Shown: piece after piece, positions 1 through 6,905 of the stretch
Numbering within the stretch: the stretch's first letter is position 1
How the letters are laid out: every line of letters starts with the position of its first letter
NCBI GenBank assembly: GCA_021199405.1
Contig: JAJQID010000078.1
Location: forward strand, 1-36,954
DNA length: 36,954 nt
Source of the DNA: Lachnospiraceae bacterium
GTDB taxonomy: Bacteria; Bacillota; Clostridia; Lachnospirales; Lachnospiraceae
Direction of reading: 5' to 3'
Translations under genes and position numbers: made by a program
The notes under the pieces: model-generated
What the model saw: only the letters and a program-made list of their open reading frames with translations
What the model was told of the DNA's origin: nothing
The model's database searches: none

Positions 1-2
1 CG

Positions 3-758
3 GCGGCAGCCTCCGGTGAGGCAGCAGCTTCTGAAAACTCTGACGCTTCCGGAGCCCTGGAAGACTCTGAGGAGGAAACCCCGGAGGCTTCCCCGGAGAA
101 TGGAACAGCGGAGGACACGTCAGAAAATGAGGAGAGCGTGCAAAACAGCGGCGAAGGCTCAGAAAGTGAAAGCCAGAATTCCTCCGGGGACACTTCTCAG
201 TCTTCCGCCAGTACTGATGAAGGAGCTTCAGAGAATAACGAGACGGGCAGCTCCATGACCTTTACCGCAGTGGACGAGACGGTGACCGCCAAGTCCGCCA
301 CGAATCTGCGCTCCGAACCCAGCACTGCGAGCACAGACACGGTGGTAATGGTGCTGGAGAGCGGAATGCAGGCTCTAAGAACGGGCATTAATGAGAATAC
401 AGGCTGGTCCAGGGTCAGCTATGACGGGCAGGAGCTTTACGCGGTCAGCAGTCTGCTGACCACGGATTTGTCAGGGCAGACCACCGGGGAGGTGGCGGCG
501 GACCCGGACAGGGTGACCACCGCGGACGGGCGGGTGATTATTTTCACGGCCTGTGATGATACCGTTTCCCCGAAAATGAGCACCAATCTGCGGACGGAGC
601 CCAGTACCTCTCAGGGGAACGCCACGGTTTATTATGAGCTGCAATACGGTGAGACCGTTCATCGAACCGGATATGACGGGGACGCCGGCTGGTCCAGAGT
701 GGAGTATGACGGGCAGATTTTGTATGCGGTGACAAGCTATCTGTATGTTGTGGAATAA
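3..758 (+). CDS. SH3b-repeat secreted/envelope protein, 5' end cut by the window edge
   Basis: The frame is open from base 3, upstream of the ORF-track Met at 138. An acidic, Ser/Glu-rich low-complexity region is followed by two ~65-aa modules (TVTAKSATNLRSEPS...GWSRVSYDGQELYAVSSLL and TVSPKMSTNLRTEPS...GWSRVEYDGQILYAVTSYL). These match the bacterial SH3_3 pattern. Confidence 0.75.
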   Translation, partial: AAASGEAAASENSDASGALEDSEEETPEASPENGTAEDTSENEESVQNSGEGSESESQNSSGDTSQSSASTDEGASENNETGSSMTFTAVDETVTAKSATNLRSEPSTASTDTVVMVLESGMQALRTGINENTGWSRVSYDGQELYAVSSLLTTDLSGQTTGEVAADPDRVTTADGRVIIFTACDDTVSPKMSTNLRTEPSTSQGNATVYYELQYGETVHRTGYDGDAGWSRVEYDGQILYAVTSYLYVVE

Positions 759-839
759 TTGTACATGTGAATGATTTCAGAAAATAAAAGTGAAAAGTCA
801 GCGTTCATGAGGCTATATAAAGACTTTGCCGTCTTTTAC

Positions 840-868
840 TTGAACATCTGTTCGATATGTGCTATAGT
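840..868 (+). promoter_or_regulatory. Predicted sigma-A promoter for the small toxin ORF
   Basis: TTGAAC (840-845), a 17-nt spacer, then TATAGT (863-868) preceded by TGc (extended -10). It lies ~80 nt upstream of the ATG at 951. Confidence 0.5.
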
Positions 869-950
869 ACGTTTAAATAGTGTATTTACCCGGGGAGCCG
901 GGGGACGTGCTCTCACCCAATCCAAGACCTTACGGAAAGAGGTGATTATT

Positions 951-1034
951 ATGAGTACATACGAAGAATTCATGGTTTTGCTGACGTTTGCGTCTCTGAT
1001 CGTTGCAATTCTGAATATGAAAAATAAGAAATAG
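951..1034 (+). CDS. 27-aa hydrophobic peptide, holin-like (Hol-Tox-type) type I toxin candidate
   Basis: The sequence is MSTYEEFMVLLTFASLIVAILNMKNKK: a short polar N-terminus, one transmembrane (TM) helix and a Lys-rich C-terminus. The RBS AAGAGGTGA ends 6-7 nt before the ATG at 951. It is the 3' part of track ORF 771..1034, whose upstream extension has no RBS. It resembles peptides annotated as putative holin-like toxins in Firmicutes (from memory, unverified). Confidence 0.65.
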   Translation: MSTYEEFMVLLTFASLIVAILNMKNKK

Positions 1035-1136
1035 CCGTCCTGCGCTCTACAAAGTCTGGAACGGCTATTTCAGATAGCAACTTAACAGATTTTCGCCGGG
1101 TCGGGTGATCCGCACTCACCTTCCGGCTCCCTTGTT
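1020..1136 (-). ncRNA. Predicted ~115-nt convergent antisense sRNA (candidate type I antitoxin)
   Basis: It starts ~7 nt downstream of a near-consensus minus-strand promoter and contains no plausible ORF. It holds an imperfect 59-nt hairpin (CTTAACA/TGTTAAG, GCCGG/CCGGC and GGTGA/TCACC stems, 1081-1139), then the terminator hairpin and a U-run. The 3' end overlaps the last toxin codons. Confidence 0.4.
1029..1070. terminator. Bidirectional hairpin shared by the toxin mRNA and the convergent sRNA
   Basis: AAATAGCCGTCC (1029-1040) pairs with GGAACGGCTATTT (1058-1070): 12 bp with one bulge. The A-run/T-run arms allow use on both strands. On the minus strand it is followed by CTTATTTTTC. It overlaps the toxin stop codon (1032-1034). 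Confidence 0.55.
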
Positions 1137-1142
1137 AAGTGT

Positions 1143-1171
1143 ATTATACACGAAGGAAGAGTTTTTGGCAA
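1143..1171 (-). promoter_or_regulatory. Strong predicted sigma-A promoter on the minus strand (drives the antisense sRNA)
   Basis: Read on the minus strand: TTGCCA (1171-1166), a 17-nt spacer, then a perfect TATAAT (1148-1143). It points at the 3' end of the toxin ORF. Confidence 0.55.
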
Positions 1172-1175
1172 TATA

Positions 1176-1225
1176 CAAAAGAAAAAATTATAGTGAACGA
1201 CAAAAATAATTTGTCGTTCACTATA
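1176..1225 (-). terminator. Perfect 16-bp hairpin with a minus-strand T-run (orphan intrinsic terminator/insulator)
   Basis: TATAGTGAACGACAAA (1189-1204) pairs with TTTGTCGTTCACTATA (1210-1225), with loop AATAA. On the minus strand it is followed by ATTTTTTCTTTTG (1188-1176). No annotated minus-strand gene feeds into it. Confidence 0.4.
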
Positions 1226-1249
1226 AAGATGATGCACACGATCACGCAA

Positions 1250-1312
1250 GGAATGGCTGCTAACGCAGCCCGCGATCGGCGCTATAGTAAACGACATAAA
1301 GTCGTTTATTAT
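1250..1312. repeat. 63-nt two-hairpin module, copy A
   Basis: Structure: GGCTGC-TAAC-GCAGCC hairpin, a linker, then a TATAGTAAACGAC-ATAAA-GTCGTTTATTAT hairpin. The ungapped alignment to 10340-10402 gives 55/63 identical bases by my hand count. Confidence 0.8.
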
Positions 1313-1360
1313 TTAGAGTTCAGAGACAGATATGGTAATGCGGGAACAGGAAACAGTGCA

Positions 1361-2305
1361 TTGACTGATATTCATAATAAAAAAAGAAAGAAAAAATCCA
1401 TAAGGCTTCGTTTTTATGTCACTGTTTTTGCAGGATTTCTGGCGCTGCTTGCCATATTTTCCCTGAAGGAATTCGGTCCTTGGCTTCTGCGGCAGTATCA
1501 GGACAAAAGACTGTCAGGGACGCTGCCGGAGGGGAGCCTCCTTGAAGTGGTTTATCTGGATGTGGGACAGGCGGACGCTGCACTTTTACTCTGCGACGGG
1601 GAGACCATGCTGATCGATACAGGGGGATATGAGGATACGGAGCTGATCATTTCTTACCTGTATGAATATGAGGTTGACATGATCGAGTATCTGGTGCTGA
1701 CTCATTCCGATTCCGACCACATCGGAGGAGCCGCGGATATTCTGCGGGAGTTTGAGGTGGAGGAGGTGTTTTTCTCTGATTTTGAAAAAGAGAATTCTTC
1801 CTATTTAAATCTGATGGAAGCACTGGAGGAGGAGCAGTTGACTGCCTGGCTCCCTGATGCCGGATATGAGGTGGAGCTTGGCGGCGCGACGGTCACATTC
1901 CTTGGACCGGTGGGAGAGTGGGATACGCCCAACAATACCTCTATCTGTCTGAGAGTGGACCATGGGGTCAACAGCTTCCTTTTTACCGGGGACGCGGAGG
2001 CGGAAGCGGAGGAGGAGCTGGTGGAGAAAGGACAAAACCTGAGAGCCACAGTATACAAGGTGGGACACCACGGCTCCTATACTTCCTCCACAGAGCTTTT
2101 GCTGAATGCGATTCAGCCTCAGTACGCAGTCATCAGCTGCGGGGAGGGCAATGATTACGGCCATCCCCATGATCAGACGCTGCGCCGTCTGGAAAAAGTG
2201 GGCGCGGAAATTTTCAGGACGGACACCCAGGGCACGATTACCTTTATTTCTGATGGAAAGAGTCTGACGAATGAGTTGTCGCTTCAAAATCAGGAACTGT
2301 CGTAA
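1361..2305 (+). CDS. Membrane-anchored metallo-beta-lactamase (MBL)-fold hydrolase, ComEC/Rec2 C-terminal-domain-like
   Basis: Motifs LVLTHSDSDHIGG and YKVGHHGSYTSS are typical of the ComEC-type metallo-beta-lactamase domain. There is an N-terminal TM helix (FYVTVFAGFLALLAIF). The start is set at TTG 1361 (AGGAAA 9 nt upstream). In-frame alternatives at ATG 1229/1252 or GTG 1139 would run through structured repeats. Confidence 0.7.
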   Translation: MTDIHNKKRKKKSIRLRFYVTVFAGFLALLAIFSLKEFGPWLLRQYQDKRLSGTLPEGSLLEVVYLDVGQADAALLLCDGETMLIDTGGYEDTELIISYLYEYEVDMIEYLVLTHSDSDHIGGAADILREFEVEEVFFSDFEKENSSYLNLMEALEEEQLTAWLPDAGYEVELGGATVTFLGPVGEWDTPNNTSICLRVDHGVNSFLFTGDAEAEAEEELVEKGQNLRATVYKVGHHGSYTSSTELLLNAIQPQYAVISCGEGNDYGHPHDQTLRRLEKVGAEIFRTDTQGTITFISDGKSLTNELSLQNQELS

Positions 2306-2364
2306 AATAATCTGTGACAGTTCCCTGGTCATCAGAAATAAAAACAGACTGAATACCGTTGATT

Positions 2365-2589
2365 TTATTTGATTTCGTCCCTCCCCGCCAGCACGTCCAG
2401 GGAAACTCCGAACAGGTCAGCAAGCAAAAGCAGTGTCTCCAGATCCGGCAGAAAAATGCCGTTTTCATAGTTGGAATAGGTGGAAGGGCTGATATGCAGA
2501 CTGGCGGCAACGGCTTTCTGCTGCAGGCCGCGCTCCAGGCGCAGCTTCCGCAGCTGTCTGCCGAATAAATATCTGTAGACTGGGTTCAT
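2365..2589 (-). CDS. XRE-family helix-turn-helix (HTH) transcriptional regulator (74 aa)
   Basis: HTH_3-type segment LRKLRLERGLQQKAVAASLHISPSTYSNYENG. It is convergent with the MBL gene and divergent from pyrF. Confidence 0.8.
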   Translation of the reverse strand: MNPVYRYLFGRQLRKLRLERGLQQKAVAASLHISPSTYSNYENGIFLPDLETLLLLADLFGVSLDVLAGRDEIK

Positions 2590-2764
2590 GCGGGACTCCT
2601 GATGATTTGAACTGAATCTGTAACTCTTTTTACGCTTTTACGGAAATTAAAACATATTTTTCAGCAAAAATCCGTTTTTTCAAGAATGTTGTAGATTTTG
2701 GGTCGATATATCGTCCGTGAGGAAACGCATGTTTCTGGAGCTTGTGTTGATATATTGTCTGCGA

Positions 2765-2793
2765 TTGACTTTTTTTTCAGGCTTTGCTACAAT
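2765..2793 (+). promoter_or_regulatory. Predicted sigma-A promoter of pyrF
   Basis: TTGACT (2765-2770), a 17-nt spacer, then TACAAT (2788-2793). It leaves a ~110-nt leader. Confidence 0.5.
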
Positions 2794-2909
2794 CTTATCC
2801 GGTACGGACACGGCGGCTTCTGATGATTGAACTGATTGCGCAGCGGATGCTTTTGCCTGCGTGGGAGAAGTGGCAGTGTCTGACAGTTTTGAAAGAAAGG
2901 AAACCACCT

Positions 2910-3839
2910 ATGATTGACAAACTCATATCCAAAATCAAAAAGACCCAGGCACCCATTGTGGTGGGGCTGGATCCGATGCTGAAATTTATTCCGGAGCAGA
3001 TTCAGAAGAAGGCGTTCGCGGAGTACGGCGAGACCCTTCAGGGAGCCGGAGAGGCCATCTGGCAGTATAATAAGGAAATTGTGGACGCGATTTATGATAT
3101 AGTGCCGGCGGTGAAGCCGCAGATTGCCATGTATGAGCAGTTTGGCCTGGAGGGAGTGAAGGCCTTCCTGAGAACAGTGGAATACTGCAAATCGAAGGAT
3201 CTGGTGGTGATCGGTGATATCAAAAGAGGCGATATTGGCTCTACTTCCGAGGCTTATGCTGTGGGGCATCTTGGAAAGGTTCAGGTGGGAGGTCAGAAAT
3301 TTTACGGCTTTGATGAGGATTTTGCCACCATCAATCCCTACATGGGAACGGACGCGGTGGCGCCATTTGTGAAGGTATGCAAGGAAGAGAAAAAGGGTCT
3401 GTTTATCCTGACCAAGACCTCCAATCCCAGCAGCGGAGAGTTCCAGGATCGTCTGATTGAAGGTCGTCCCTTATATGAGTGGGTGGGTGAGAAGGTGGCC
3501 CAGTGGGGCAGCGATTTTGTGGGAGAGAGCGGCTACAGCTATGTGGGAGCTGTGGTGGGTGCCACTTACCCGGAGCAGGGAAAGATTTTGCGTGAGATTA
3601 TGCCGAAATCCTATATTCTGGTGCCGGGCTACGGAGCGCAGGGCGCGAAGGGCACCGACCTTGTGCATTTCTTCAATGAGGACGGGCTGGGCGCTGTTGT
3701 AAACTCCTCCCGGGGAATCATCGCGGCATGGCAGCAGGAGAAATATAAGGCCTTTGGACCGGAGCGCTTCGCGGAGGCCTCCAGGCAGGCAGCGCTGGAT
3801 ATGCAGGCGGATATCGCCCAGGCACTGGAAAGCAGATAA
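2910..3839 (+). CDS. pyrF: Orotidine-5'-phosphate decarboxylase (long, type 2 form)
   Basis: Motifs APIVVGLDP and GDIKRGDIGSTS, ~309 aa. The start is ATG 2910, after GAAAGG. The track ORF start at 2784 has no RBS. Confidence 0.9.
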   Translation: MIDKLISKIKKTQAPIVVGLDPMLKFIPEQIQKKAFAEYGETLQGAGEAIWQYNKEIVDAIYDIVPAVKPQIAMYEQFGLEGVKAFLRTVEYCKSKDLVVIGDIKRGDIGSTSEAYAVGHLGKVQVGGQKFYGFDEDFATINPYMGTDAVAPFVKVCKEEKKGLFILTKTSNPSSGEFQDRLIEGRPLYEWVGEKVAQWGSDFVGESGYSYVGAVVGATYPEQGKILREIMPKSYILVPGYGAQGAKGTDLVHFFNEDGLGAVVNSSRGIIAAWQQEKYKAFGPERFAEASRQAALDMQADIAQALESR

Positions 3840-3869
3840 CGGAAAAATGTTCGGAAAAAGGCGCGGCAT

Positions 3870-4223
3870 CTACTGTGCCTTTTTCTGACATTTCTGTTTG
3901 ATGCTCAGATAGTTTTCTCCCCACTCGCACATGGCGTCCAGAATGGGAATCAGGCTCTCGCCGAAGGCAGTCAGAGCGTATTCGGTGCGGGGCGGCACCA
4001 CCGGATAGACTGTGCGGGTGATTAGCTCGTCTTTTTCCAGCTCCCTTAGCTGCTGAGCCAGCATTTTGTCGGTGGCGGTGGGCATGAATCGGTGCAGCTC
4101 GCTGTAGCGCAGTGTGCCGTGCTCCATCAAATTCCACAGAATCTCGGTTTTATATTTGCCGCCGATCATGGACATGGTCTTGTGCAGGGGGCAAAAACAG
4201 GGAATTTTGTCAGTGTTTTCCAT
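3870..4223 (-). CDS. HxlR-family transcriptional regulator
   Basis: CPLHKTMSMIGGKYKTEILWNL...RYSELHRFMPTATDKMLAQQLRELEKDELITRTVYPVVPPRTEYALT is the HxlR winged-helix signature. The start is ATG 4223, with GAGGAG upstream. The track ORF start at 4430 is an AT-rich upstream extension. Confidence 0.85.
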   Translation of the reverse strand: MENTDKIPCFCPLHKTMSMIGGKYKTEILWNLMEHGTLRYSELHRFMPTATDKMLAQQLRELEKDELITRTVYPVVPPRTEYALTAFGESLIPILDAMCEWGENYLSIKQKCQKKAQ

Positions 4224-4324
4224 TATGGGTGCTCCTCGTATGATTTGCCGCCAGTTGTCTATGAACGGCGACAGGAATTTTATATGCTTACTTTTTGGTA
4301 AGTATCTATAAAAAAAGTGCATTC

Positions 4325-4352
4325 TTGATTTATGGTTTGTTATGTGTATACT
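4325..4352 (+). promoter_or_regulatory. Predicted promoter of the amino-acid ABC operon
   Basis: TTGATT (4325-4330), a 16-nt spacer, then TATACT (4347-4352), in the divergent HxlR/ABC intergenic region. Confidence 0.4.
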
Positions 4353-4409
4353 ATATGAGAGAAATCTGAAAAAAGCAAGCTTTTTTAAAAGAAAGATACA
4401 TATATCATT

Positions 4410-5087
4410 ATGGATGAACGAGTGATACAAATTCTGGTAGAAGCCTTCCCCAGGCTGATGAGCGCCGCCTTTAAGACTATGGTACCCCTGACTATTCTGG
4501 GCTTTTCACTTGCCATGGTCATTTCTCTGGTGGTGGCTCTGGTGCAGGTGGCCCATCTGCCTGTTTTTAAGCAGCTGGCCAGATTCTATATCTGGATTTT
4601 CCGGGGAACTCCTCTGCTGGTACAGCTTTTTGTGGTGTTTTACGGGCTGCCCAGGGTTGGCATCCTGATAGACGCCTTTCCCGCGGCAGTGCTTGTATTT
4701 GCTTTAAATGAGGGCGCTTACGCCGCAGAGACCATGCGCGCGGCGATTGAATCCGTGTCTGAGGGTCAGATCGAGGCAGGCTACTGCGTGGGATTGAATT
4801 ATGTTCAGATCATGTGGCATATTGTGCTTCCACAGGCCATGCGCACGGCATTTCCGTCCCTTTCCAACGCCCTGATCAGTATGGTGAAGGATACCTCCTT
4901 AGCCTCCGTGATCACGGTTCAGGAGATCATGATGACGGCTCAGAGAATCAACGCTACTTATTATGAGCCGCTGCTTTTGTATATGGAGGCTGGCTTCGTG
5001 TATCTGATTTTCTCCACCGTCCTGACCTGGCTGCAGAGTGTGGGGGAGAAATACTTGAATAAATACCGGGGAGGGAACCGGACATGA
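4410..5087 (+). CDS. Polar amino-acid ABC transporter permease (His/Glu/Gln/Arg/opine family)
   Basis: Multi-TM protein with the family loop NEGAYAAETMRAAIESVSEGQIEAG. Its stop overlaps the next start (ATGA at 5084-5087). Confidence 0.9.
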   Translation: MDERVIQILVEAFPRLMSAAFKTMVPLTILGFSLAMVISLVVALVQVAHLPVFKQLARFYIWIFRGTPLLVQLFVVFYGLPRVGILIDAFPAAVLVFALNEGAYAAETMRAAIESVSEGQIEAGYCVGLNYVQIMWHIVLPQAMRTAFPSLSNALISMVKDTSLASVITVQEIMMTAQRINATYYEPLLLYMEAGFVYLIFSTVLTWLQSVGEKYLNKYRGGNRT

Positions 5088-5812
5088 TGCTTGAAATTCA
5101 TGATATCCACAAAAAATTCGGTGATCTTGAAGTCCTGAGGGGACTTGATATCTCTGTGGATAAGGGGGATGTGGTGGCGGTGCTGGGCCCCAGCGGTTCC
5201 GGCAAGACTACGCTGCTGCGCTGCATCAATTTCCTGGAGACGGCGGACAGCGGCAGGCTGATTTTTGATGGCGAGGAATTTCAGCTGGGCCATATTTCCA
5301 AAAAGGATGTGGCCAGGCTTCGCAAAAAGACAGCCTTTGTATTCCAGAGCTACAATCTTTTTTTAAATAAAACAGCCCTGCAGAATGTGACCACAGGTCT
5401 GACTGTGGGCAGAAAAATGGAAAAAAATCAGGCAAATGAGATTGGCAAAAGAATGCTGGATAAGGTGGGTCTGTCCGACAGGTATGATTATTATCCTTAT
5501 CAGCTTTCCGGCGGGCAGCAGCAGCGGGTGGCCATCGCGAGGGCTCTTGCCACGGATCCGGAGATTATCTTTTTTGATGAGCCTACATCAGCGCTGGACC
5601 CGGAGCTGATCGGGGAGGTGCTTTCGGTCATGCGGGATCTGGCAAATGAGGGCATGACCATGCTGGTGGTGACTCATGAGATGAGCTTTGCCCAGGATGT
5701 GTCCAAAAAGGTGATTTTCATGGAAGGCGGACGCATTGTGGAGCAGGGAGAGAGTAAGGAATTCTTTGCCCATCCGAGGATGGAGAGGACAAGGGAGTTC
5801 TTAAAGTTATAA
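5084..5812 (+). CDS. Polar amino-acid ABC transporter ATP-binding protein
   Basis: Walker A GPSGSGKTT, ABC signature LSGGQQQRVAIARAL, Walker B IIFFDEPTSALD. Confidence 0.95.
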   Translation: MMLEIHDIHKKFGDLEVLRGLDISVDKGDVVAVLGPSGSGKTTLLRCINFLETADSGRLIFDGEEFQLGHISKKDVARLRKKTAFVFQSYNLFLNKTALQNVTTGLTVGRKMEKNQANEIGKRMLDKVGLSDRYDYYPYQLSGGQQQRVAIARALATDPEIIFFDEPTSALDPELIGEVLSVMRDLANEGMTMLVVTHEMSFAQDVSKKVIFMEGGRIVEQGESKEFFAHPRMERTREFLKL

Positions 5813-5838
5813 AATATATGAAGGAGGATGATTATATT

Positions 5839-6672
5839 ATGAAAAAGAAAATTCTGGCACTGTTGCTGGCATCTGCGATGACGCTTGGAGCTCTGGCGGG
5901 CTGTGGCAGTTCGAGCAGTTCAGAGAGTGAAAATGGGGAAGCCGCAGAGGAAACCGCTGACGACCAGCTGGCGTCCATTCTGGAGGCGGGAGAAATCATC
6001 GTTGCGCTGGAGGGCAACTGGGCTCCCTGGAGCTATCATGATGAGGATGACAATCTGGTAGGCTTTGACGCGGACGTCGCCCGTGCGATCGCGGCGGAGC
6101 TTGGCGTGGAGGTGACCTTCGTGGAGGGCGACTGGGACAGCCTGCTGGCCGGTCTGGACGCAGGACGCTATGATCTGGTGGTCAACGGTGTAGAGTACAC
6201 TGAGGAGCGGGCGGAGAAATATGATTTCACCGATCCCTATGCTTACATTCGCACGGCGCTGATTGTGCGCTCGGACAATGAGGAAATTACCACCTTTGAG
6301 GATCTGGATGGAAAGAGTACCGCCAACAGCATCGCCAGCACCTATATGGATCTGGCGGAGAGCTATGGCGCGGAGGTGACCGGTGTGGACAGTCTGGATG
6401 AGACGCTGGAGCTGGTGCTTTCCGGCCGTGTGGACGCTACTCTGAACGCGGAGGTATCCTATTATGATTATATGGATGTGCATCCGGACGCGGAGTTAAA
6501 GATTGTAGCTCTGACTGAGGAAGCCTCCAATGTGGTGATCCCCACCAGAAAGGGCGATGACTCCGCATCCTTAAGGGAGGCCATCAACGAGGCCATCGCG
6601 ACTATCTCTGAGAACGGAACGCTCTCCGAGATTTCCATTCAGTATTTTGGAAGCGATATTACGCAGGAGTAA
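5839..6672 (+). CDS. Amino-acid ABC transporter substrate-binding lipoprotein (family 3)
   Basis: Signal peptide with lipobox LAGC. The SBP_bac_3-like core is GNWAPWSYHDEDDNLVGFDADVARAIAAELG...GDWDSLLAGLDAGRYDLVVNGV. The start is ATG 5839, after AAGGAGGA. Confidence 0.9.
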   Translation: MKKKILALLLASAMTLGALAGCGSSSSSESENGEAAEETADDQLASILEAGEIIVALEGNWAPWSYHDEDDNLVGFDADVARAIAAELGVEVTFVEGDWDSLLAGLDAGRYDLVVNGVEYTEERAEKYDFTDPYAYIRTALIVRSDNEEITTFEDLDGKSTANSIASTYMDLAESYGAEVTGVDSLDETLELVLSGRVDATLNAEVSYYDYMDVHPDAELKIVALTEEASNVVIPTRKGDDSASLREAINEAIATISENGTLSEISIQYFGSDITQE

Positions 6673-6718
6673 AAAGCTGCCGCAATTCTGAGCGGATGCA
6701 GGAAAACAGAACAGAAGA

Positions 6719-6769
6719 AACAGCACCTGTCGAGAATCAGAGATGGATACTCGGCAGGTGCTGTTTTGT
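6719..6769 (+). terminator. Intrinsic terminator after the ABC operon
   Basis: AACAGCACCTGTCGAG (6719-6734) pairs with CTCGGCAGGTGCTGTT (6750-6765): 16 bp with one wobble, followed by TTGTGG (short T-run). Confidence 0.5.
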
Positions 6770-6905
6770 GGAAAAAAGAATTCCATTTTACGCGCTTTTT
6801 ATGGCAAAATCGGAAATACTATGCTAGAATAATAAAAAATCTGAAGCGACAGTTACTATTCAAACTGGCTGTAAATAGTAACAGACGACGAGCAAAGGAG
6901 CGGCT

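Noticed and set aside
771-1034. Long upstream extensions in the ORF track. Examples: 771..1034, 1139..2305, 2784..3839, 3870..4430, 11713.., 21869.., 27944.., 28884.., 33865...
   Set aside because: The extensions lack an RBS, cross promoters or structured repeats, or overlap the upstream gene. Internal starts with good Shine-Dalgarno sequences match the expected family N-termini.
1081-1139. The minus-strand sequence GGGAGCCGGAAGGTGAG looked like the SRP (4.5S/scRNA) domain IV motif CCGGAAGGAAGCAG.
   Set aside because: The GGAA does not sit in an apical tetraloop here; the apical loop is GTGCGGA, between GGTGA and TCACC. The flanking conserved SRP nucleotides are absent. The hairpin is better explained as part of the antisense sRNA.
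1252-1312. Both copies of the module carry an in-frame ATG and would encode MAA(N/Y)AA..R.Y.KRHKVVYY. Two of the eight substitutions are synonymous.
   Set aside because: The sequences diverge completely right after the module. Copy B would overlap the RBS and start of the next gene, and copy A has no usable RBS. The substitutions fit hairpin conservation (loop changes and a compensatory pair) at least as well. This reading is disfavoured, not excluded; a larger alignment would settle it.
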